This document shows, piece by piece, positions 58,113 through 64,000 of a stretch of DNA of 64,000 nt. The stretch comes from an uncultured Dongia sp. (GTDB taxonomy: Bacteria > Pseudomonadota > Alphaproteobacteria > Dongiales > Dongiaceae): positions 1,775-65,774 of the forward strand of contig CAKZGO010000012.1 of assembly GCA_936916975.1 (NCBI GenBank), written 5' to 3'. Below the pieces are notes generated by a model. That model did not search any database, was not told the DNA's origin, and worked only from the letters and a program-made list of their open reading frames with translations. A program made the translations under genes and the position numbers. Position 1 is the first letter of the stretch, and each line of letters begins with the position of its first letter.

Positions 58113-58133
58113 ATCTTACGGAACCAGTAAGAG
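58113..58133. promoter_or_regulatory. Operator O-R2 (degenerate): ATCTTAC-N7-GTAAGAG
   Basis: It has the same TTAC-N7-GTAA core and the same 21-bp geometry, centred 35 bp from O-R1. It abuts the -35 position of the PRM-like promoter. Confidence 0.45.
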
Positions 58134-58153
58134 AATTCGATTGTCTGCACCCG

Positions 58154-58159
58154 TATAAT
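58154..58159 (+). promoter_or_regulatory. PRM-like -10 hexamer TATAAT for the repressor gene (weak -35)
   Basis: A consensus TATAAT lies 6 nt upstream of the repressor ATG (58166). The 17-bp-upstream hexamer is GAGAAT, a poor -35. Confidence 0.55.
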
Positions 58160-58176
58160 TACGGGATGCGTAACAA
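58156..58176. promoter_or_regulatory. Operator O-R3: TAATTAC-N7-GTAACAA
   Basis: The left arm is perfect and the right arm matches 4 of 7 positions. It spans the repressor start codon. Confidence 0.5.
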
Positions 58177-58873
58177 GTGGCTGAAATTGCGGCTTAAAGA
58201 GATCGGCAAGACCCAAAAGGCTCTTGCGGATTTCATTGGCCTGCCCGAGCCGCGCATCACCGACATCATCCGCGGTGACCGGCGCGTCACGGCGGGCGAA
58301 TCTGAAAAGATCGCCGCCTTTATTGGATGGTCGTCGAAGAAGGTTGCGCGGATGTTGGACCCGTCCTTACCGCCGCTCGACACAGAACTAGATCTGATCG
58401 ATACGACTCGCGTTCCTGTCGTCGGTGTAATCGAAGCCGGTGAATGGCGGGAAGCGGTGGAATTCGCCATGGACGAGGATCAACCTTTTGTCGACGTGCC
58501 CCCGGACCCGCGCTATCCCGGAATTCGGCGTTTCGCATTGAGGGTCAATGGGCCGTCGATGAACCAGCTCTACCCGGACGGCAGCCATGTCATCGTCGTA
58601 CCCGCCATGGATCTCGGTGATGGTTGGCGACCAAATAACGGTCAGCGAGTTGTGGTTCAACGCACGAATGACACTGGCGGCGTCGAAACGACCGTCAAGG
58701 AATTCATGGTGCGCGAGGACGGTCAAACATTTCTGGTGCCTCGCTCGACCGATCCCACCTTCGTGGCTTGGCCTGTGCCCGCGTTCTGGGATGGGGATGG
58801 CGAGTTTGAGGAGCACAGCGATAACATTCGCGTCACTGCATTGGTAACTCAGCGGCTAACCAACGAGCCTTAA
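58166..58873 (+). CDS. CI-type prophage repressor (HTH plus S24 LexA-like autopeptidase)
   Basis: I take ATG 58166-58168 (MRNKWLKLRLKEIGKTQKALADFIGLPEPRITDIIRG...), 235 aa. The C-terminal S24 domain carries Ser in VNGPSM and Lys in TTVKEF. Confidence 0.88.
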   Translation: MRNKWLKLRLKEIGKTQKALADFIGLPEPRITDIIRGDRRVTAGESEKIAAFIGWSSKKVARMLDPSLPPLDTELDLIDTTRVPVVGVIEAGEWREAVEFAMDEDQPFVDVPPDPRYPGIRRFALRVNGPSMNQLYPDGSHVIVVPAMDLGDGWRPNNGQRVVVQRTNDTGGVETTVKEFMVREDGQTFLVPRSTDPTFVAWPVPAFWDGDGEFEEHSDNIRVTALVTQRLTNEP

Positions 58874-59301
58874 AACACCACATTCCGCAGCGCATGGGGT
58901 GGAACGTCGCGGCCGCAATAGCGACACACATTCGCTTCCAGCCGGATGATCTCAGCACAGTGCGGACATTTCTTCGAATCGTCCGCCGAATGCCCGGGTG
59001 CTATTGTAATTTCAGGGCGACGAGGCAACGTTAAAACAACTATCAACATCAAGAGACCAGCGCCGCCACTACACATGACGTGAATGGCGTCATTGAAGTA
59101 AGGGCGATAAATGAGAGGCGAATTAATCATGTGGACCACGATGTAGAAAAAAAGCCAACTGCTGTATGACAAGAATATCGTGATGGCGGCCCAATAGGCG
59201 CCGGTTCTGCCTTTAACGAATTGAGCAGTGGCACCGATCGCGATTCCCAAGACAAGTCCGGTCCAAGAGAACGATCCAGCCAGGTATGGTGATTCAACCA
59301 T
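58870..59301 (-). CDS. Membrane protein (about 4 TM) with C-terminal zinc ribbon; unknown function
   Basis: 143 aa with hydrophobic segments and CPHCAEIIRLEANVCRYCGRDV at the C-terminus. Its stop codon overlaps the repressor stop in TTAA (58870-58873). The region is low in GC. Confidence 0.65.
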   Translation of the reverse strand: MVESPYLAGSFSWTGLVLGIAIGATAQFVKGRTGAYWAAITIFLSYSSWLFFYIVVHMINSPLIYRPYFNDAIHVMCSGGAGLLMLIVVLTLPRRPEITIAPGHSADDSKKCPHCAEIIRLEANVCRYCGRDVPPHALRNVVF

Positions 59302-59337
59302 TTTTGCCTTCCTCCGATTTCCCGTCCTGAGAACTTC

Positions 59338-60033
59338 CTATTGCCATCCACAAGCCATCCGCAGTGGCGCGATAGCAGTATCCAATCCAGCCACATCGAA
59401 CTCCGCGAGAAGAGATCCGCTGTTGATTGGGGCAACCTCAATTAGCAGCGTTTTGGCGGCTGCTAGTTCTTTGGCAAAGACAATCGCACCCGGGTAAAAG
59501 ATGGACCGATTGTCTGTCGATCCACCCCACAGCTTTTCACGCAACTTCTTTTTATCGATCCGACTTTTGACATAGTGTTCCCGGTGAAACCAATGTTGGC
59601 CAATCGAGAAAATCACGCTCGTAACGTCATCCTTGCAGCGAATGAACAGCAACGCCCGTGCGGTTCCGCCGCGATCATCGGACATATAGTTTTCTGAGAA
59701 CAAACTTAGATAAATATTCACGGTGTCACTGATCTTCGACACCTCTTGCTCGACGCTCCAGCCATTACCGGTCGGTAAGGCGGCCACTGCACTATCAATC
59801 TCAGCGGGCGTGGCCCGGCGTGCTGACTTTGGTTTATCCACCTTAGTCGGAGCGATCGGTGGCGGCAGAGCGCCGTTGCCCACAGTCACACCCTTCTCGT
59901 CCATGCACAAAACATCAGTACCCAGTTGAACCGGTTTCATGCAGCCAGGTAGCGGCGCGGATTGGGGTTGTTCGGCCGATGCGATCGAAGCCGACACAAT
60001 CAGAACAAGCGACACCACCACCCATAGCCGCAC
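59338..60033 (-). CDS. Secreted/periplasmic protein, unknown function
   Basis: The track ORF starts at GTG 60039. I prefer GTG 60031-60033 (GGGAGG 5 nt upstream), giving (M)RLWVVVSLVLIVSASIASAEQ, a signal peptide, and 231 aa. The region is low in GC. Confidence 0.6.
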   Translation of the reverse strand: MRLWVVVSLVLIVSASIASAEQPQSAPLPGCMKPVQLGTDVLCMDEKGVTVGNGALPPPIAPTKVDKPKSARRATPAEIDSAVAALPTGNGWSVEQEVSKISDTVNIYLSLFSENYMSDDRGGTARALLFIRCKDDVTSVIFSIGQHWFHREHYVKSRIDKKKLREKLWGGSTDNRSIFYPGAIVFAKELAAAKTLLIEVAPINSGSLLAEFDVAGLDTAIAPLRMACGWQ

Positions 60034-60133
60034 AGTCACCTCCCATTACCCGCATTCGCATTGCATCGACTCGCCGCCGTTTTGGCAAGGCTAGTCTGTT
60101 GGGAGAATTCGCATTCCATGCCCGGATATAATA

Positions 60134-60154
60134 AAATTACAGCTTCCGTAATTT
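60134..60154. promoter_or_regulatory. Operator O-L1: AAATTAC-N7-GTAATTT
   Basis: Perfect 7-bp arms with a 7-bp spacer, read directly. Confidence 0.65.
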
Positions 60155-60158
60155 TTCC

Positions 60159-60188
60159 TTGACGGCGTAATTACAGATATCGTAATTA
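60159..60188 (+). promoter_or_regulatory. PL-like rightward promoter
   Basis: TTGACG (60159-64), 18 nt, TAATTA (60183-88). It uses the same hexamers and the same operator placement as the PR-like promoter. Confidence 0.55.
60168..60188. promoter_or_regulatory. Operator O-L2: TAATTAC-N7-GTAATTA
   Basis: Perfect 7-bp arms, centred 34 bp from O-L1. It overlaps the spacer and -10 of the PL-like promoter. Confidence 0.7.
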
Positions 60189-60242
60189 TTGATCACCGCC
60201 GGTTTCCCCCAGCGGTTGCGAGTGTCGTTCCCTCCACTCGAC

Positions 60243-60315
60243 GGCGGCCCCGGTTCCCTGTCTCCCCTCCCTGGGACGTGACGGGACCCTCCCTGACCGG
60301 GGCCGCCGCTTTTCT
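60243..60315 (+). terminator. Long hairpin with U-tract about 50 nt downstream of the PL-like start (terminator or structured RNA)
   Basis: A 12-bp perfect GC stem, GGCGGCCCCGGT (60243-54) / ACCGGGGCCGCC (60296-60307), encloses a 41-nt loop containing three TCCCTG repeats. GCTTTTCT follows. Confidence 0.45.
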
Positions 60316-60349
60316 GGGACCGCTGATCAAGGATCGTTATGCCTTACGC

Positions 60350-60649
60350 TCAGTACCTGCCAGTGGCGCGCGCCTGCCCCGATGTGCGGATGTTCAAATT
60401 CGCCGCCATCTGCCGCAGTTTCTGCTCGACGTTCTCGCGCATCGTGTACCTGGAATGCGCGCTGAAACCGATCTCGCGGCTGTACTCCGCCTTGGCCTGC
60501 CGCATGGCGCCATCATGGATTTCCTTGAGCAAGGTGGTGCGGTCGATCCCATGCCGGATCATCGCACAGGCCAGCTCCTCGTTGATGATTTCCATCGCGT
60601 TGACACGGCCAAGCAGTTCTTCAAACCGATACTCCAATACTTCCGACAT
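60350..60649 (-). CDS. Hypothetical 99-aa protein
   Basis: I take ATG 60647-60649 (MSEVLEYRFEELLGRVNAMEIINEEL...). It has balanced composition and high third-position GC in this frame. The rest of the 309-aa track ORF overlaps + strand genes and looks like shadow sequence. Confidence 0.5.
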   Translation of the reverse strand: MSEVLEYRFEELLGRVNAMEIINEELACAMIRHGIDRTTLLKEIHDGAMRQAKAEYSREIGFSAHSRYTMRENVEQKLRQMAANLNIRTSGQARATGRY

Positions 60650-60684
60650 CTTGGGGTTCCAGTCTCTTTGGGTTTCGGGAGTTA

Positions 60685-60721
60685 GGCACCGGGTCTCGAC
60701 GGCGAATCGAGATCCGGTGCC
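60685..60721. repeat. 15-bp near-perfect inverted repeat GGCACCGGGTCTCGA-N7-TCGAGATCCGGTGCC
   Basis: Read directly, with one mismatch. It lies in the 148-bp gap between divergent genes 60350-60649 (-) and 60798 (+). Confidence 0.6.
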
Positions 60722-60797
60722 GTCATCATATGCGCGGGCGGCGCAACTGTCCTTTTTTCCCACGATCACTTTTGCCCTTGTTGAGGAGTGCTGAGCC

Positions 60798-61100
60798 ATG
60801 TCCCGACTGTATGGCGGCGCCGGCCGCATCAAGGATAAACCTGACCTCACCGCCTTGCGCGCCGCCCTGGCGCTGGACCAGGCGCGCGCCGCCAACGGCA
60901 AGCCGCTGCATGGTGCCGCCCGTCTCCAGGCCCGCATCACCGCGATGGCCGAGGAGATCGTGGCCCGCACGATCGCCAACGACAATTGCACCGCCGCCGA
61001 TCTGCTGCAGGCGGGCTTTGCCCAGGCCGACATCGACGCCCTGGGTGCGCGGGCCGTTGAACGTGCCCGCTTGCGCGCGCCCAATCTGCGCGTCGCGTGA
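60798..61100 (+). CDS. Hypothetical early-left protein
   Basis: 100 aa with GAGGAG 9 nt upstream of the ATG. Confidence 0.55.
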   Translation: MSRLYGGAGRIKDKPDLTALRAALALDQARAANGKPLHGAARLQARITAMAEEIVARTIANDNCTAADLLQAGFAQADIDALGARAVERARLRAPNLRVA

Positions 61101-61333
61101 GCGTGATGCTGGGCCTCTTCCGCCGCAAGCCGGCACCCGCATCGACCTTCGACGCCGACGCCTATCTGCGCGACGCGCGCCCGCCGCGCGACCTGTCGCC
61201 GGATCGGATCGCCGCCTTGCGCGCGCACTCGCCGAAGTTTGCTGAGGCTCATTCCAGCATCGCGAAGGCCGATATCCACGCCGACGAGATCCGCACCGAT
61301 CCAGCCAAGGTCGGAAGGAAGGCCGAGATATGA
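61097..61333 (+). CDS. Hypothetical early-left protein
   Basis: 78 aa. A GTG start overlaps the upstream stop (GTGA); an alternative ATG is at 61106. Confidence 0.45.
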   Translation: MSVMLGLFRRKPAPASTFDADAYLRDARPPRDLSPDRIAALRAHSPKFAEAHSSIAKADIHADEIRTDPAKVGRKAEI

Positions 61334-61914
61334 TCCTCCGCGCGATCATCCTGGCTCTCATTGCCCCGCTCCTGGCGGCGCCTATCTATGGCGACCCCGT
61401 CAGCGCAGCACCCGACTTCATGCCCGTTGCCGAATTCAATGAACCGGTCGGCCTGCGCGGCAAGGTGCCGGGCGCCAGCTATGCGTTCTGTATGGCCCAG
61501 CGTGCGTTGTGTTCCTTTGTCCTGCCGGCCCTGCCTTTGCCCGACGATGCCATGGCAATACTCAACCGCGTCAACCGCGATGTGAATGCCGGCATCGCCT
61601 TCCGTGCCGATGAGCCCAGCATAGATGCCTGGGAGATCGAACCCGTCGCCGGTGACTGCGAAGACTATGTCGTCACCAAATTGGCGCGCTTGGTGGCGGC
61701 CGGCATCCCGCGCGATACCCTGCGCCTCGCCACGGCACAGTTGCCCGATGGCCGGTTCCACATCGTGCTGGTGGCCCAGACCTGGCGCGGCTCGTTCATT
61801 CTCGACAACCGCACCGATGCGATCCTGCCGTGGCGCGGTGTCAATTATCGCTGGCTGGCCATGGAAACCAATGGCGCCGGCACGGCGATGGCGTGGCACG
61901 AGGTGCTGCCGTGA
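61330..61914 (+). CDS. Secreted transglutaminase-like cysteine peptidase (BTLCP/LapG family, PF06035-like)
   Basis: 194 aa with signal peptide MILRAIILALIAPLLAAPIYG. It has the hallmark GDCEDYVVTKL (Cys), GRFHIVLV (His) and FILDNRTD (Asp) spacing of BTLCPs. Its start overlaps the upstream stop (ATGA). Confidence 0.8.
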   Translation: MILRAIILALIAPLLAAPIYGDPVSAAPDFMPVAEFNEPVGLRGKVPGASYAFCMAQRALCSFVLPALPLPDDAMAILNRVNRDVNAGIAFRADEPSIDAWEIEPVAGDCEDYVVTKLARLVAAGIPRDTLRLATAQLPDGRFHIVLVAQTWRGSFILDNRTDAILPWRGVNYRWLAMETNGAGTAMAWHEVLP

Positions 61915-62192
61915 GCGATCTCTATCAGATCCGTCACGACGTTCCGCCACCCCGGCGCAAGCCCATCGATGCGGCTACGCGCAGGGGCAAGAAGCCCGGC
62001 AAGGTGCGGCGGACCATGGAAGCGCTGCAGATCGACGAGTATTTCGACGTGCCGCTCGCCGACTTTCCATCCTACCCGGATGTCAAGACGCTGCTGAGCC
62101 GTGTCTCCGCCATCGGGCTTCGCACGCTCGGCGCCGGCAACAGCACGACAGAGGGCCATGAGGATTTCGTCCGCGTCTGGCGGATCGCCTGA
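61911..62192 (+). CDS. Hypothetical early-left protein
   Basis: GTG 61911-13 overlaps the BTLCP stop (GTGA), giving 93 aa ((M)SDLYQIRHDVPPPRRKPIDAATRRGKKPG...). Confidence 0.45.
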   Translation: MSDLYQIRHDVPPPRRKPIDAATRRGKKPGKVRRTMEALQIDEYFDVPLADFPSYPDVKTLLSRVSAIGLRTLGAGNSTTEGHEDFVRVWRIA

Positions 62193-62220
62193 CCGTCATT
62201 TAGCCAAGGGGGACTGACCG

Positions 62221-62574
62221 ATGTTTGAAACGACCGCGTTCAACCGGGTTCATGCCAATGTAAACGCATCGAACGTGGTCGATATCTCCGCCATCCGGGC
62301 ACGGCTGGCAACCGGTCAACCGATGTTCGATAAACCCACGGCCGATCAATCGGCAGCGTCCCTCCCCCACATTGGGGTTGGCGACTGGGTCAGGACCGCA
62401 ACCAACATCGTCGGCTTTGTGAAACGCACCTATGTCGATGACAAGGGTGTGCCGCGCGCCGTCATCACCAACGGCAGTGGCATAGAGCAGAGCCACGCGA
62501 TCCGCACCCTCACCTTGAGCGAGCGCGCCGGGTTCCACCAACCCGCACCTGTCGCCATCCAGGAGGGCTGCTGA
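62221..62574 (+). CDS. Hypothetical early-left protein
   Basis: 117-aa ORF with AAGGGGGA upstream. Confidence 0.5.
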   Translation: MFETTAFNRVHANVNASNVVDISAIRARLATGQPMFDKPTADQSAASLPHIGVGDWVRTATNIVGFVKRTYVDDKGVPRAVITNGSGIEQSHAIRTLTLSERAGFHQPAPVAIQEGC

Positions 62575-62575
62575 C

Positions 62576-62899
62576 ATGGCGTCTGCCACCGATGAAATCG
62601 CCGACGACCATCCCGGCAGCTTGCAGAGCGACGGAACCAGTCGCGACGGCGACAATCGCCAGGGCGGCATCGCCGCTGATCACCTTAAATCCTTCATTGA
62701 GCGCATTGAACGGCTCGAGGAAGAGAAGGCCGCCATCGCGAACGACATCACGGAAGTCTACGCCGAGGCCAAGGGCACCGGCTTTGACGTCAAGATCATG
62801 CGCCAGCTGGTCCGCCTACGGAAGATGGAAGCCAACGACCGCAGCGAGCAAAGCGAATTGCTCGACATCTACATGCGCGCCGTCGGGATGGTGGTGTGA
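62576..62899 (+). CDS. GapR-like (DUF2312/UPF0335) DNA-binding protein
   Basis: 107 aa. [48 protein letters not shown]....[13 protein letters not shown] aligns almost residue for residue with Caulobacter GapR as I recall it ([48 protein letters not shown]...DLYLSAIG). Confidence 0.8.
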   Translation: [107 protein letters not shown]

Positions 62900-63414
62900 T
62901 GAGCTATGCACGCATGGATCACGCCGGCTGGGTTGAGAAGAACAATGTCGCCGGCAAGCGGTTGATGACGGCGACACAGCGCAAGAGCGATCGTGGATTT
63001 GCCACCGCACCGGACCAACTCTCGCCCTTCCAGGTCAAGGTGATGGATATCCTCGGCATGGTGGGTGGTGGCATCTACAATGCGCCCATTGTCTGGGAGA
63101 GCATTGATTGGGGCCGGCCATATTCAAGCGGAAAACCAGGCGCCATATCCGTGTCGTGGCGCGGCCATCTTGCAACATTCGATTTCAACCAACTTACACG
63201 CCTCGTCTTTTTGTGCCATGAAGCGCGCATTCGGTGCGCTCTCAGTCCTTGGAACCCGGGCCATCTGCGTCTGAGTTTCAGCTCCCGTACGGACGAGGAT
63301 GGTTTTAGCGACGGGCATCCGAGCCTGGATGAGGCCGTTACCACGTTTCGCGACTATCTGCCTGCCGAACATCGGATCATCTATATACCGGCGTCGACGA
63401 AAGCGGGGGCGTGA
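62896..63414 (+). CDS. Hypothetical early-left protein
   Basis: 172-aa ORF that overlaps both neighbours by 4 nt. Confidence 0.5.
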   Translation: MMSYARMDHAGWVEKNNVAGKRLMTATQRKSDRGFATAPDQLSPFQVKVMDILGMVGGGIYNAPIVWESIDWGRPYSSGKPGAISVSWRGHLATFDFNQLTRLVFLCHEARIRCALSPWNPGHLRLSFSSRTDEDGFSDGHPSLDEAVTTFRDYLPAEHRIIYIPASTKAGA

Positions 63415-63971
63415 TGGCACGCATCCGGACGGCGATCCTTGATTTCATCCGCCATCGCGTTGTCCCTGTGCGCAAGCCGGATCAGGTCATTGGCGGCAGC
63501 GACCGGCCCTACATGCTGCGCTGGTTTCTGATCCCCAAGAATCGCCTTTTCAATATCTATCTGCATCAGTTCCTGCGCGACGACGATGACCGCGCGCTGC
63601 ATGATCACCCGTGGGCCAGTATGTCCTATGTGCTGGAGACTGGCTATTGGGAGCACACGCCCAAGGGCCGCTTCTGGCGTGCACCAGGGGCCGTCGTCTT
63701 CCGTCGTGCCACCGCCCAGCACCGCATCGCGCTGCTGCGCGACGAAGGCGTGCCGGAGACGTGGGGTGGGATGTCGGCCTGGACCATCTTCATCACCGGC
63801 CCGAACGTCCGCCAATGGGGCTTCCACTGCCAGCACGGATTTGTCCACTGGCGCGACTTCACCAGCCAGGACGGCAACAGCATCGGTGCGGGCTGCGATC
63901 AATCGGCGAATGACAACGCTGCCGAGATCATTCCGTTGCAGCGGCGGCAGGGTGGCGGTCACAATGGCTGA
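63411..63971 (+). CDS. Hypothetical early-left protein
   Basis: 186-aa ORF (…LHDHPW…). No family recognised. Confidence 0.5.
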   Translation: MMARIRTAILDFIRHRVVPVRKPDQVIGGSDRPYMLRWFLIPKNRLFNIYLHQFLRDDDDRALHDHPWASMSYVLETGYWEHTPKGRFWRAPGAVVFRRATAQHRIALLRDEGVPETWGGMSAWTIFITGPNVRQWGFHCQHGFVHWRDFTSQDGNSIGAGCDQSANDNAAEIIPLQRRQGGGHNG

Positions 63972-64000
63972 TCCGGAACTCTTCCCGCGCCAACTGCCGG
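63964..64000 (+). CDS. Start of a further + strand ORF (truncated by the window edge)
   Basis: ATG 63964-66 overlaps the upstream stop region. The visible product is MADPELFPRQLP... Confidence 0.3.
   Translation, partial: MADPELFPRQLP

Larger units (their letters stand above)
21128..64000. mobile_element. Lambda-like siphovirus prophage (partial: right end, integrase and att sites not in window; left boundary uncertain between ~20.96 and ~22.6 kb)
   Basis: A contiguous set of phage modules: lysis, tail, tape measure, gpE/gpD/S49/gpB/gpW/gpA-type head and packaging, replication, and CI/Cro immunity. Confidence 0.9.

Noticed and set aside
57743-58165. N-terminal 141 codons of the 376-aa ORF containing the repressor
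   Set aside because: It runs antisense through the cro-like gene and across the operator/promoter region. The HTH domain starts at the ATG at 58166, right after a consensus -10.
59338-60033. Assigning the secreted 231-aa protein to a named family (I considered T6SS-associated VasI-like proteins because of the C-terminal ...GLDTAIAPLRMACGW)
   Set aside because: This rested on an impression of a C-terminal pattern from memory only. It is left as unknown pending a profile search.
60650-61279. N-terminal two-thirds of the 309-aa minus-strand ORF 60350..61279
   Set aside because: This part overlaps the well-supported + strand genes starting at 60798, which have an RBS and translational coupling. 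It is Arg/Ala-rich. Only the 3' 300 nt (99 aa) have protein-like composition and high GC3.

Overview
High-GC (roughly 60-65% by eye) chromosome segment that looks alphaproteobacterial. Positions 1 to about 21.0 kb are host genes. They include the 5' 843 codons of an AcrB-type RND pump with its membrane-fusion protein, a porin, and an AdiA-like PLP decarboxylase divergent from a PotE-like antiporter. They also include a Sel1-repeat protein, a ~1,950-aa LapA-like RTX/T1SS adhesin, two Tat-signal redox proteins (aldo-keto reductase plus flavodoxin-like), a second AKR and a LysR regulator. From about 21.1 kb to the right edge lies one large lambda-like siphovirus prophage; its right end and integrase are outside the window. 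Running right to left on the minus strand it has a Cro/CII-like early operon with a C5 DNA methyltransferase, two GcrA-like HTH proteins, an SNF2-type helicase, an N4/N6 methyltransferase, DnaB and an initiator-like gene with embedded iterons. Next come a late regulator, a cos/late-promoter gap and terS/terL (gpA type). The head module follows: gpW, portal (gpB type), S49 protease, scaffold, decoration protein and gpE-type capsid. Then come connectors, tail tube, G/GT chaperones with an A_AAA_AAC -1 frameshift site, a 1,517-aa tape measure, distal tail genes and a pinholin/SAR-endolysin/spanin lysis cassette. A LexA-like CI repressor (+ strand) sits between two clusters of TAATTAC-N7-GTAATTA operators. 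The rightward early-left operon encodes a secreted BTLCP (LapG-family) protease and a GapR-like protein. The items most worth following up are two low-GC accessory cassettes of unrecognised membrane or secreted proteins: 58870-60033 in the rexAB position next to cI, and 21758-22481 at the prophage left end. Also worth following up are the phage BTLCP together with the host LapA-like adhesin that carries an ATAAGP motif, and the promoter/operator and short-transcript architecture at 60134-60315. I recognised no tRNA, rRNA, CRISPR array, transposase or integrase. All homology statements come from memory and motif reading, not from searches.
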